From: Gemmatimonadota bacterium
GTDB taxonomy: Bacteria; Gemmatimonadota; Gemmatimonadetes; Gemmatimonadales; Gemmatimonadaceae
Assembly: GCA_031372565.1 (NCBI GenBank)
Contig: JANMLN010000054.1
Coordinates: 1-64,000, forward strand
DNA: 64,000 nucleotides
Direction: 5' to 3'
Positions within the stretch are counted from its first letter, which is position 1; every line of letters begins with the position of its first letter. A program made the position numbers and the translations under genes. Below are positions 1 through 12,724 of the stretch, one piece after another. Under the pieces are notes generated by a model, which was not told the origin of the DNA, ran no database searches, and saw nothing but the letters and a program-made list of their open reading frames with translations.

Positions 1-2073
1 ACGCCGCAGTATATGAGTCCCGAACAGGCGATGGGCGAAAAGGTGATCGACGCACGCAGCGACGTGTACGCGCTCGGTGCGGTGGCATACGAGATGCTCA
101 CCGGTGATGCGCCATTCACCGGTACCACGGTGCAGGCGATCGCCCCCAAGGTGTTGCGCGAGAAGCCGACGACGCTGCGCACGCAGCGCGACACCGTGCC
201 ACCGCATGTCGAAACGGCGGTCTTCACCGCGCTGGCCAAGCTGCCCGCCGATCGCTTCGAGAGCGCGAAGGCGTTTGCCGAGGCGCTGGTGAATCCTGCT
301 TACGGCGCGGACAGTGGAGCGGCAGCGAGCGGCTGGGCGCTCCGCCAACCTCCCGCGCGGCAGGTGGTCCGCTTCCCGGCGCCGCTCGCCGCTGGCCAGC
401 GTCCGTCGGACGTGCCGGCGTTGTCGATCGCGCTGTCGCCCGATGGCACTCGCCTCGCGTACATCGCCATCGACTCGAGCACAGGTCGGCAGATGGTGTA
501 CCTGCGCGCGCTCGATCAGCTGACCGCCACCACCGCGATTCCCGGCACGGAAGACGCCACCACCCCCTTCTTTTCGCCGGATGGACTCTGGGTCGGCTTC
601 ACGACGGCCAACGGCGACCTCAAGAAGGTCTCGGTGAGTGGTGGCCCGGTCAGCCGGCTGGCGACGGGGCTCGAACAAAACTTCACGCCATCGTGGGGGG
701 ACGATCCCCGGATCGTCTACGTGAATCTGGGGGTGCCGACACGCGTGTCGGACGGAGGTGGTGCGCCGATCGCGCTGGTGGACTCGACCAACCGGGATCT
801 TCGGGGCGCTGGGTATTCCGTGCTGCCGGGCGGCCGTGCGATGCTCTGGAGACAGTGCGGCTACCGGTATGGCTGTGATGGCGATCTCGCCGTGCTGGAC
901 TTTGCGTCGGGGACGTCCACGGTGCTCGTCCGTGGTGCCTCGCAGGGTTGGTATCTGCCCAGTGGCCACCTGGTGTATGCCACGCGCGAGGGCGCGCTGT
1001 TCGCCGTGACGTTCGATCTCGCGGCGTTGAAAGTCACGAGCACTCCCGCTGCCGTGCTGGACGGCATTCAGCTCATCGGCGCTCGTTTCCAACCGGCGGT
1101 GACCGTGTCGGCCTCTGGATCGCTCGCGTATGTCCCCGGGGGACCCACGGCGGCCAGCAACAGTATCGTCCAAGTGGACCGCACCGGTCGCGAGGAGGCG
1201 TTCGCCGCCAAGCCTGGTGCCTATCAGTCACCGCGGCTCTCTCCGGATGGTCGTCGCCTGGCGTTCCATGATCGCGACGCCAAGGGAGCCTTTCAGGTCT
1301 GGGTGTACGATCGCGCGTCGGCCACCTCGCAACAGCTGACGTTCGAGGGCAACAACGTGCGCCCCACTTGGTCGCCTGATGGCCGTCGCCTCGCATTCTC
1401 CATGCAGCGGGATGGGGCGGCGTTCCACATCGAGTCGGCCCCCGCCGACGGTTCAGGTCCCAGCGAGCAGGTGACGCCGGACCGGGTGGGGGTCACGACC
1501 TCCGCGTGGACGCGCGACGGCCAGTGGATCGTCTTCGACGGAGGGTCAGACGACAAGAAGGATGGTGGACGGCAGGACATCTTCGCGGTCCCCATGTCGG
1601 GGAGGCCGCGCACGGTCCGCCCCGCGGTGGCCGGACCGTTCAATGAGCAGACCGGTGAAGTCTCCCCCGACGGCAAGTGGATCGCCTACCTCTCCGACGA
1701 AACGGGGAAGCCGCAGGTGTATGTGCAGCCGTTCCTGACACCGGGGGCACGCACCCTGATCTCGGCCGGAACCGCCACGGAAGCGGTCTGGGTGTCGAAC
1801 AACGAGCTGGCCTACATCAACAACGACGCCGACAGTCTCACGCTGGCAACGCTCGCGTTCGGCGCGACCACCACCGTCACGCGGACGGCGTTGTTCGATG
1901 CGCGTCCGTATGCGAAGGGCGGTCGACAGTCGCGCAGCTTCGACGTGTCGCGCGACGGCCGGCACTTCATCATGCTGAAGCCGCTGCCGCGCGCGCAGGC
2001 GGTTGTACCGATCGTGGTGCTCAACTGGGCCGACGAGATGAAGCGGTTGATGGCAGCGGCGGGGATCAAGTGA
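1..2073 (+). CDS. Ser/Thr protein kinase K1 with C-terminal PD40/TolB-like beta-propeller (5' end outside window)
   Basis: The frame is open from base 1 (TPQYMSPEQ...RSDVYALG, kinase subdomains VIII-XI). Repeated SPDG motifs follow, ending in VVLNW. No hydrophobic TM segment lies between the kinase and the propeller. Confidence 0.9.
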   Translation, partial: TPQYMSPEQAMGEKVIDARSDVYALGAVAYEMLTGDAPFTGTTVQAIAPKVLREKPTTLRTQRDTVPPHVETAVFTALAKLPADRFESAKAFAEALVNPAYGADSGAAASGWALRQPPARQVVRFPAPLAAGQRPSDVPALSIALSPDGTRLAYIAIDSSTGRQMVYLRALDQLTATTAIPGTEDATTPFFSPDGLWVGFTTANGDLKKVSVSGGPVSRLATGLEQNFTPSWGDDPRIVYVNLGVPTRVSDGGGAPIALVDSTNRDLRGAGYSVLPGGRAMLWRQCGYRYGCDGDLAVLDFASGTSTVLVRGASQGWYLPSGHLVYATREGALFAVTFDLAALKVTSTPAAVLDGIQLIGARFQPAVTVSASGSLAYVPGGPTAASNSIVQVDRTGREEAFAAKPGAYQSPRLSPDGRRLAFHDRDAKGAFQVWVYDRASATSQQLTFEGNNVRPTWSPDGRRLAFSMQRDGAAFHIESAPADGSGPSEQVTPDRVGVTTSAWTRDGQWIVFDGGSDDKKDGGRQDIFAVPMSGRPRTVRPAVAGPFNEQTGEVSPDGKWIAYLSDETGKPQVYVQPFLTPGARTLISAGTATEAVWVSNNELAYINNDADSLTLATLAFGATTTVTRTALFDARPYAKGGRQSRSFDVSRDGRHFIMLKPLPRAQAVVPIVVLNWADEMKRLMAAAGIK

Positions 2074-2133
2074 GCGAGGGCCTCGATTGAAGGATCTGAG
2101 TCCGCTACAGGCGGTGCTACCGTCCATAATTGC

Positions 2134-2162
2134 TTGTTTTAGACGGCATAAACGTCTATAAT
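2134..2162 (+). promoter_or_regulatory. Sigma70-type promoter (TTGTTT-17bp-TATAAT) with an overlapping palindrome; probably gives a leaderless mRNA
   Basis: TTGTTT 2134-2139, TATAAT 2157-2162, ATG at 2171, no Shine-Dalgarno. TAGACG-7nt-CGTCTA inverted repeat at 2140-2158. AT-rich patch in a GC-rich background. Confidence 0.65.
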
Positions 2163-2170
2163 CAGCTATA

Positions 2171-3339
2171 ATGCCCTCACTCGTTCCTCCACTACCGCCC
2201 ATCCGGCGTCGTCTCCCCGCTCCGGAACGGAGCAGCTTCCTCTTCGGCGCCCGCGGAACCGGGAAGTCCACCTGGGCGCGACAGTGCTTTCCTGATGCGC
2301 TGGTACTCGACCTGCGCGCCGGGCCGCTCGCACGCGCACTCGCGGCGGCGCCTGAGCGCCTGCATGATGCGCTCGATGCGGCGCGCGAGGGCCAGTGGAT
2401 CGTGATTGACGAGGTCTCGCGCGTTCCGGCCGTGCTGGACGTGGTGCACCAGCGCATGGATCGCGATCCGACACGCCGCTTCCTGCTCACGGGATCGAGC
2501 GCGCGGTCGCTGCACCGCGCGGGCGTGAACCTTCTCGGTGGACGCGCCGGGCGACGCCTCATGCCGCCCTTTCTCGCCTCGGAACTGGAGGGCGCCTTCA
2601 CCCTCGCGCGCGCGCAGCGCCTGGGGCTCCTGCCCGTGGTGTGGACGGCGGACGATCCCGAGCAGGCACTGCGCGACTACGCCACCGTGGCGGTGCTCGA
2701 CGAGGTGACCGCCGAGGCGCGCGTGCGACAGGTGGCCGGCTTCGCACGCGCGGTCGAGCAACTCGCGCTGGCGCACGGCAGCGTGCTCAGTCCCACGGCG
2801 ATCGCGCAACAGGCGGAGGTCAAGAAGAGCACGGTCATGGATTGGCTGGATGTGCTCGAGTCCATGTTCCTCGTGTCGCGTCTCGCCGTGTTCAGCGCGC
2901 GGCCGTCGCGGCGCGCGCTCGCCGCACAGCCCAAGTTGTACTTTGCCGACACGGGCATTGCCATGGCCTTCCGCCCGGCGGACGTTGCGCGCGTGGCCCC
3001 GGAGGCCGTGGGGGCCGCGCGCGAGGGAATCGTGTACCAGCACCTGGCGGCGTGGTGCGATGCCACGCCAGATGCGCGCCTTTGGACCTGGCGCACGACG
3101 AGCGGCGTCGAGGTGGATTTCGTGGTCGAGACCCCCGAGGGGTTGGTGGCCGTCGAGGTGAAGAGCGGTCCGACGCTGCGTCCCAAGGACCGGCGTGGGC
3201 TGCTCGCGTTTCATGACGAGTTTCCGGAGGCACGACTGGTGGCACTCACGGATGCGCCGCTCCTCGCGCACGAAGGACCCATCACCGTCGAGCCCACCGC
3301 GGACTGGCTCACGCGCGTGGTGCCCGGGGAGGCGCTTCC

Positions 3340-3343
<4 letters not shown>
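2171..3343 (+). CDS. AAA+ ATPase (AAA_14/DUF4143 type) with C-terminal PD-(D/E)XK nuclease-like domain
   Basis: Walker A GARGTGKS, Walker B IVIDEV, LLTGSS, LLGGRA, PKLYFADTG and C-terminal EVDFVV...VAVEVKS. Confidence 0.85.
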
Positions 3344-6036
<2,693 letters not shown>

Positions 6037-6070
6037 GGCGCATGATGCGATCACGGCCTGGAGCGTTCGC

Positions 6071-8749
6071 GTGAGCGACGGCGTGGAGGTGCGCCTCGGG
6101 CGCGCGCTGGCCGACCGCTACCGCATCGAGCGCGAACTTGGGCAGGGCGGCATGGCCACCGTGTACCTCGCGCACGACCTCAAGCATGATCGCGATGTCG
6201 CGATCAAGGTGCTGCATCCGGACCTCGGCGCGGCGCTCGGCGGCGAGCGGTTCCTGAGCGAGATCCGCACCACCGCGCGGCTGCAGCACCCGCACATCCT
6301 CCCGCTGCTCGACAGCGGCGACGCCGATGGCCTGCTGTACTACGTGATGCCGCTCGTGACCGGTGAGACGCTGCGCGCGCGATTGCAACGCGAGAAGCAA
6401 CTCCCGATCGACGACGTGATGCTCATTGCGCGGGAAGTTGCCGACGCCCTCGGCTACGCGCACGGCGTTGGCGTGATCCACCGGGACATCAAGCCCGAGA
6501 ACATCCTGCTGCAGAACGGCCACGCGCTCGTGGCCGACTTCGGCATCGCCCTTGCCGTGCAAAGCGCCGGCGGGCAGCGCATGACGCAGACGGGCTTGAG
6601 CCTCGGCACGCCGCAGTACATGAGCCCCGAACAGGCCATGGGCGAGCGCAACATCGATGCGCGCAGCGACATCTACGCGCTCGGGGCCGTGACCTACGAA
6701 ATGCTCACCGGCGATCCGCCCTTCACGGGCAGCACCGTGCAGGCGATCGTCGCCAAGGTGCTCACCGAGAAGCCGACGGCGCCCAGTGCCGTGCGCGAGA
6801 CGGTGGCGCCAAGCGTCGAGACCGCGGTACTGAAGGCACTGGCGAAGTTGCCCGCCGATCGCTGGTCGTCGACCACGGCATTTGCCGAGGCGCTCTCGCG
6901 AACTGATATCGCAGAACGGTTGTCACTCGCGAGCGCCACACGCGGAACGCCCGCGAGTGCGAGGACGAACTCCATCGGCCGCCGACGCGCCGTTGTCGGC
7001 ATTGCGGGTGCCGTGGCGTTGAGCGCGACGACGGCGTGGCTCGGCTGGCGTGCGCACACACCCGAGCCCGCGTGGTCGGCGTTCACGCAACTCACCGATG
7101 CGTCGGGGGTGGAGACCAGCCCCAGCATCTCGCCCGACGGCGAGACGTTCGTGTACGTGAGCCGCGCCCGCGGTACGGCCGACATCTACTCGCAGCGCGT
7201 GGGCGGTCGCAATCCGACGCTCGTGGTGGGCGACTCCACCATCGACGAGTTGTGGCCGGCCTACTCGCCCGACGGCAAGCAGATCGCCTACAACGTCGAA
7301 GGCGGCGGGATCTTCGTGGTGGGTGCGACCGGCGAGTCGCCCAGACGCGTCACGTCGACCGGTGCGCAGCCCTCGTGGTCGCCCGATGGCACGCAGCTCG
7401 TTTTCGGCGCAGGCGAGGGCAACTCGGCGTACTACACGCTGGGCGGAGGCACCCTGAGCATCGTGAGCAGTAGCGGCGGAGCCCCGCGCCCGCTCGAGGC
7501 CACGATCCCACGCGCGACGAGCAAGCTCCAGCCTTCATGGTCGTCATCGGGTGCACGGATCGCCTTCTGGGCGGTGGTGGGCGGCGTGCGCGACATTTAC
7601 ACGGTCGCGGCCGCGGGCGGGGTGGCGGTGCCGTTGACGAATGACATGGCGGCAGACTTCGCACCCTCCTGGTCTCCCGACGGAAAGTTCGTGTACTTCA
7701 GCAGTGATCGCGGGGGCGCGATGGGCCTGTGGCGGCTGGCGGTCGATGAGGCAACGGGCGTACCGCAAGGCAGTGCGGAGTTGGTCGCGATGGGCACTGA
7801 TCTTCGCATGGAGCTGCCGCGCCTCTCGGCCGATGGTCGCACGGTGATCTTCCGCTCGACGGTGGAGTCGGTCAATCCAGCGGCCATGCCATTCGATCCG
7901 CTCACGCGGCAGGTGGGGCCACCGCGCTTGCTCCAACATCGTACCGGCGTGCTGACGCCGAGTGATGTCTCCGCCGACGGCCAGTGGATGCTGCTCAACA
8001 ATACGCCGGATCGCAACCAGGACGTCTTCCTGATGCGATCCGATGGCCGCGACCTGTCGAGGATCACCGACGATAAAGCGCGCGTCTGGGAGCCACGATT
8101 CATCGGCCGTGGGGACTCGATCGTGTTCCGGTCGAACGTGAGTGGCACGTACGATGCTTATTCGATGCGTCGCGATGGCAGTGAACGCACCCGCCTCACG
8201 AACATCACTGAAGGCGTGTTCGGCGCCGCGTTCTCCCCCGATGGCAAGCAACTGGCCATTTCGACCTTTCCGGCTGACTCGCAGCTCCGGATGGTCGCGA
8301 TCGGTAGTGCGCCTTGGCCAATGACACGCGCAACTGCGAGGAAGCGCTCCGGCGTGAGCGTCGGCAATCGCGTGTTCAGCGCTTACAATTGGTCGCGCGA
8401 CGGACGCTGGTTGTCCGGCAACATGGAAGGATCCGCGAGTGCGGTTGGCCATGTGCTCTATGACATTGCCACGGGAACGATGCGTCAACTGGATACCGCC
8501 GCCATATCCGGCGAGCTCGCGTTCCTGCCGGGCTATCGGCAGGTGGTGTACTTCAACAGCCGTGGCGCGCTGATCATGCAGGACATCGAGTCGCTGAAAC
8601 ACTGGGTGATCGCCGACTCGCTTCCGTATCCGGCCGACCGGCCGCGGAGCATCGTCGCGTCGCCGGATGGCAAGACGTTGTACTACGGGGCGCAGCAGGT
8701 GGAGTCGAACATCTGGATCGTTCGACGGGCGAGCGGGGCGGGGCGATAG
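6071..8749 (+). CDS. Ser/Thr protein kinase K3, TM helix, PD40/TolB-like ectodomain
   Basis: Complete Hanks kinase motifs (HRDIKPEN, DFG, GTPQYMSPE); TM AVVGIAGAVALSATTAWL; many PxWSPDG repeats; ends ESNIW. Confidence 0.92.
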   Translation: MSDGVEVRLGRALADRYRIERELGQGGMATVYLAHDLKHDRDVAIKVLHPDLGAALGGERFLSEIRTTARLQHPHILPLLDSGDADGLLYYVMPLVTGETLRARLQREKQLPIDDVMLIAREVADALGYAHGVGVIHRDIKPENILLQNGHALVADFGIALAVQSAGGQRMTQTGLSLGTPQYMSPEQAMGERNIDARSDIYALGAVTYEMLTGDPPFTGSTVQAIVAKVLTEKPTAPSAVRETVAPSVETAVLKALAKLPADRWSSTTAFAEALSRTDIAERLSLASATRGTPASARTNSIGRRRAVVGIAGAVALSATTAWLGWRAHTPEPAWSAFTQLTDASGVETSPSISPDGETFVYVSRARGTADIYSQRVGGRNPTLVVGDSTIDELWPAYSPDGKQIAYNVEGGGIFVVGATGESPRRVTSTGAQPSWSPDGTQLVFGAGEGNSAYYTLGGGTLSIVSSSGGAPRPLEATIPRATSKLQPSWSSSGARIAFWAVVGGVRDIYTVAAAGGVAVPLTNDMAADFAPSWSPDGKFVYFSSDRGGAMGLWRLAVDEATGVPQGSAELVAMGTDLRMELPRLSADGRTVIFRSTVESVNPAAMPFDPLTRQVGPPRLLQHRTGVLTPSDVSADGQWMLLNNTPDRNQDVFLMRSDGRDLSRITDDKARVWEPRFIGRGDSIVFRSNVSGTYDAYSMRRDGSERTRLTNITEGVFGAAFSPDGKQLAISTFPADSQLRMVAIGSAPWPMTRATARKRSGVSVGNRVFSAYNWSRDGRWLSGNMEGSASAVGHVLYDIATGTMRQLDTAAISGELAFLPGYRQVVYFNSRGALIMQDIESLKHWVIADSLPYPADRPRSIVASPDGKTLYYGAQQVESNIWIVRRASGAGR

Positions 8750-8761
8750 GTTGATGGTCTC

Positions 8762-11407
8762 ATGAGCGACATCGTGCAACGACTCATGGCCTCTCTCGCC
8801 GGCCGCTATCGCCTCGACCGCGAACTCGGCGCCGGCGGCATGGCCACCGTGTATCTCGCGCACGACCTCAAGCACGACCGCGACGTCGCCATCAAGGTGC
8901 TGCACCCGGACCTGGGCGCTGCGCTCGGCGGTGAACGGTTCCTGAGCGAGATTCGCACCACGGCGCGGCTGCAGCATCCGCACATCCTCCCGCTGCTCGA
9001 CAGCGGCGAGGCGGATGGTCTGCTGTACTACGTGATGCCGCTCGTGACCGGCGAGACGCTGCGGGCGCGACTCGAGCGCGAACGCCAGCTGCCGATTGCC
9101 GACGCGGTGCGCATCGCACGCGAAGTGGCCAGCGCGTTGGACTACGCGCACCGCCAGAACGTCATCCACCGCGACATCAAGCCGGAGAACATTCTCCTCC
9201 ACGACGGCTCGGCCCTCGTCGCCGACTACGGCATCGCGCTCGCCGTGCATTCGGCCGGCGGTCAGCGCATGACGCAGACGGGCCTGAGCCTCGGCACGCC
9301 GCAGTACATGTCGCCCGAACAGGCGATGGGCGAGCGCACGATTGATGCGCGCTCCGACATCTACGCGCTCGGCGCGGTGACGTACGAGATGCTGCTGGGC
9401 GAAGCGCCGTTCACCGGTCCGAGCGTGCAGGCGATCGTGGCGCGCGTGCTCACCGAAGAGCCACGCAGCATCGGCGTGCAGCGCAAGTCAGTGCCCGCGG
9501 GCGTTGAAGACGCCGTGCTGCGCGCGCTCGAGAAGCTGCCGGCCGATCGCTTCGAGAGCGCGAAGGAGTTCATCGACGCGCTCGGGCGTGAAGGACTACC
9601 GACCACTTCACGCGCGACCGCTGCCAGCACGCGCGCGCAGGCGTCGCGCGGGCCACTCGTCGCGGCCGCGGCGCTCGCCATCGTCGCGGGCATCGCGGGC
9701 GTTGGCTGGTGGCGTGCGGCGCATACCGGTGCGGCGAGCGGCAGCGGCGCCATACAGTTCACCGTCGAAGAGCCCGAGGGCACACGGCTCGCCGTGGGTT
9801 ACGCCTCCATCGACATCTCGTCGCAGGCGAAACGCATCGTCTTCGTCGCGCGCGACAGCACCGGCATGACCCACGCGTACGTGCGCGCCTTCGATGACGT
9901 GCGCGCGCGGCGACTCGACGGCACCGACGGTGCCACGCAGCTCTTCCTCTCGCCCGACGGCGCGTGGGTCGCGTTCGCGGCGAACGGGAAACTGAAGAAG
10001 GTGCCGACGATCGGTGGCAACGCGGAATTCCTCACGGACCTCCGTAATCCACGTGGCGGACACTGGGCGGCTGACGGCCATATCTACCTGTGCGACGCGG
10101 GCCCCATCATCGTCGTGCCCGAGAACGGCGGTACGGTGAAGACGTTGCGGCCGCTCGTGCTGACGGGACGTCTGTCGCAGTCGCCGCGTCTGCTCGACGA
10201 CGGCAACACGCTGCTGTTCGTCGACTGGGGCGGGAATGTCGGCAATTCGCGCCTCATGGCCTACTCACTCTCGACCGATTCGGTCACGCCGCTCGGCCTG
10301 GTCGGGTCGCGCGCCTTGGGCGTGCATGACGGAACGCTGGTGTACGGCAACGAGCGCGGGGCGATTTACGGCGTGGCCTACGACGCGAGAAGGCGCACGA
10401 CGTCAGGCGAACCACGGTTGATGAGTCAGGTGGTCGCCAGTGACCAGAACCAACTCGCCGCCGCGCTCGCCCCGGACGGATCACTCATCTATCGCTTTGG
10501 TGAAACCAAGTCGGTGCTGACGATCGTCACCCCCGGCGGCGCCACCGAAGTCTTGAGCAGTGCACTTCAGGACGCTGCCGAACCGCGATTGTCGCCGGAC
10601 GCCACGCGCATTGCGCTCACCGTCGGGCGCTCGTTCGACGTTGTCGTGTACGATCTCCGCGCACGCGCATTGACTCGCTTCAATGATCGCCAATCGTCGG
10701 CGACGGAACTCTCCCGCCCGGAATGGACGCCTGATGGTGCGCGGTTGGTCATGCGCGCCGTCACCGGGACGGACAGATCGACCATCATGTGGCGTGCGGC
10801 GAATGGCACCGGCGGCATGGAGCTGTTGCATCGCGATGAGAAAGTTGCCCTCTGGGAGGGTGTCGTCTCGCCCGATGTGCAGTATCTGATGTATCGCAGA
10901 GGGTCCGGTTCGACCGCCGACCTGCGCTATCGCAGGCTCGTGGGCGATACCGCCTCGCGCGCGTTCGTCGCGACGCCGGCCGGTGAGGAGACGCCGCGGT
11001 TCTCTCCCGACGGGAAGTGGGTGGTGTATGCCTCCGACGAGGCGGGGGCGGGCCTCGACGTCTATGTCCGCGGTTTCCCCGACGGCGCTGTGGCATACCG
11101 CATCTCGGAAGCCGGTGGCCAACAACCCGTGTGGTCGCGCGACGGAAAGTCCATCTACTACATCCCGCGCGATGGCATGCTGCTGCGCGCGAGAATCGCC
11201 ACGACATCTGGGGTCACCGTGGCGTCTCGCGACACGCTGGTGCGCAGTGGCTTCGACCTGCCGCCCTTTCGCGGCCACGCCAACTTCGACGTCATGCCGG
11301 ACGGGCGATTGGTGCTGATGCGTCCGATGGAGAACTCGCAGCGCATCGTCGTGGCATCCGGCTGGCTCGATGCCGCGCGCGCCGAGTGGGCGAAGGCGGC
11401 CAAGTGA
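8762..11407 (+). CDS. Ser/Thr protein kinase K4 (DYG variant), TM helix, PD40 ectodomain
   Basis: Kinase domain nearly identical to K3, with ADYGIA in place of ADFGIA; TM LVAAAALAIVAGIAGVGWW; SPDG repeats. Confidence 0.92.
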   Translation: MSDIVQRLMASLAGRYRLDRELGAGGMATVYLAHDLKHDRDVAIKVLHPDLGAALGGERFLSEIRTTARLQHPHILPLLDSGEADGLLYYVMPLVTGETLRARLERERQLPIADAVRIAREVASALDYAHRQNVIHRDIKPENILLHDGSALVADYGIALAVHSAGGQRMTQTGLSLGTPQYMSPEQAMGERTIDARSDIYALGAVTYEMLLGEAPFTGPSVQAIVARVLTEEPRSIGVQRKSVPAGVEDAVLRALEKLPADRFESAKEFIDALGREGLPTTSRATAASTRAQASRGPLVAAAALAIVAGIAGVGWWRAAHTGAASGSGAIQFTVEEPEGTRLAVGYASIDISSQAKRIVFVARDSTGMTHAYVRAFDDVRARRLDGTDGATQLFLSPDGAWVAFAANGKLKKVPTIGGNAEFLTDLRNPRGGHWAADGHIYLCDAGPIIVVPENGGTVKTLRPLVLTGRLSQSPRLLDDGNTLLFVDWGGNVGNSRLMAYSLSTDSVTPLGLVGSRALGVHDGTLVYGNERGAIYGVAYDARRRTTSGEPRLMSQVVASDQNQLAAALAPDGSLIYRFGETKSVLTIVTPGGATEVLSSALQDAAEPRLSPDATRIALTVGRSFDVVVYDLRARALTRFNDRQSSATELSRPEWTPDGARLVMRAVTGTDRSTIMWRAANGTGGMELLHRDEKVALWEGVVSPDVQYLMYRRGSGSTADLRYRRLVGDTASRAFVATPAGEETPRFSPDGKWVVYASDEAGAGLDVYVRGFPDGAVAYRISEAGGQQPVWSRDGKSIYYIPRDGMLLRARIATTSGVTVASRDTLVRSGFDLPPFRGHANFDVMPDGRLVLMRPMENSQRIVVASGWLDAARAEWAKAAK

Positions 11408-11450
11408 GCGACGTCCTTCACGCGACTTCCGGTGTCCCTCGCCTGCTACG
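11404..11450 (+). pseudogene. Vestigial 5' end of another array kinase gene
   Basis: GTGAGCGACGTC overlaps the K4 stop. With one frameshift it reads MSDVL-TRLPVSLACY, similar to the K4 start MSDIVQRLMASLAGRY. Confidence 0.45.
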
Positions 11451-11557
11451 CCGGTGATCCCCTTGTTCAGGTGCTGGGGACGGATGCCGCCGCGAAGGTG
11501 AACGCCAAGGCCCCGGTGCCTGGACCGTTGCGCCGCCGGGCGTCCGGCCTCATTGCA

Positions 11558-12550
11558 TCAGCGGCGCACGTACTTCAGGAGCCGCTCTCCATTGGTGTCG
11601 GCGACGTAGAGGACCGAGTCGCCGCGGACGGCGATCTGGTGCGGAGCCATCACGCTCGAGTCGGCGCGAATGCGCCCGACCTCGCGGAATTCGCGGTCGA
11701 GGATCCTGATCTCGGACTCGGCCGTCGAGTGCCGGATCGCCACATACAGATAGCCCCGAGGGGACACGACGACGTCGAAGACGCGACCGATCGAATCTGC
11801 GGTCGGCCACGTGGCACGCGAGGCCCCCGACTTGGTGAACACCTGGACGCGATTGTTCTCGCGGTCGGCGACGTACAGGTCGCCGTCGGCGCCCATGGCG
11901 AGGCCGTGCGGGATCCGGAACTGGCCCGGATTGAGCCCCTTCGACCCCCACTCGTCGAGGAACCGCCCCGTCGCGTCGAAGTGCGCGACGCGCGAGTTGA
12001 TGTACCCGTCGCTCACGTAGAACGAGCCGTCGGCCGTCATGACGACATCCGTCGGTTCGTTGAAGTGCGTGGCGTCCCACCCGGGCATGCGCGATGTGCC
12101 GACGCTGAGCAGTGGCCGGCCATCGTGCGAGAACTTCAGGACTTGGTGCAGGATGTCGTCGGTGAGCCACACGTTGTTGGACCGATCGACGGTGATGCTG
12201 TGGGGCAGCACGAACTGGTTGGCGCCCCATGCATTGAGCAGCGCGCCGCTCGCGGGGTCCAGCTCGAACACGGTGGCGGTGGGCCGCGTCTCGGTCGCCG
12301 TCCGGTCGAACTTTCCGCCCGCGCGATGAAAGACCATCACATGGCCCGACGTATCGATGTCCACGCCCGAGACCTGGCCGAGCCGGACTCCGGGCGCGAG
12401 CGCCGGCCAGCCTTCAACCAACTGCCACCGCTGCGGCTCCTCAGTCGTCGTGGCTGGGCGATGGCGTGAGGACGACGTGCATGCGAGCAGCACGGCGAGG
12501 CCCGCAAGGCTGAGCCAGCGCGTCCTGCGGCGATGCGACCAAGGCGACAT
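11558..12550 (-). CDS. NHL-repeat lipoprotein, peptidyl-alpha-hydroxyglycine alpha-amidating lyase (PAL)-like
   Basis: Lipobox LLAC; motifs VFHR, FVLPHSITVD, VSDGYINSR, FRIPHGL, VADRENNR, APHQIAV. Start placed at ATG 12550. Confidence 0.8.
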   Translation of the reverse strand: MSPWSHRRRTRWLSLAGLAVLLACTSSSRHRPATTTEEPQRWQLVEGWPALAPGVRLGQVSGVDIDTSGHVMVFHRAGGKFDRTATETRPTATVFELDPASGALLNAWGANQFVLPHSITVDRSNNVWLTDDILHQVLKFSHDGRPLLSVGTSRMPGWDATHFNEPTDVVMTADGSFYVSDGYINSRVAHFDATGRFLDEWGSKGLNPGQFRIPHGLAMGADGDLYVADRENNRVQVFTKSGASRATWPTADSIGRVFDVVVSPRGYLYVAIRHSTAESEIRILDREFREVGRIRADSSVMAPHQIAVRGDSVLYVADTNGERLLKYVRR

Positions 12551-12724
12551 GGGAACGTCTCCGGATGTGATGAGGTGCGCGCCCAAACGTACAGGGTTCC
12601 GCACCGTGTACGCCTACCGCCACAGCTCGTGCTCGCGGCCATGGCCCTCCACCCGTAGCTTCTCCACCCAGCGGCGCCGCAGGGCGTCTGTTCGGCCCCC
12701 CACTCGGCTCCACGCTCGCCCCAC

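Noticed and set aside
11432..12469. 345-aa plus-strand ORF
   Set aside because: Antisense shadow of the PAL-like gene; only its first codons resemble a kinase start relic.
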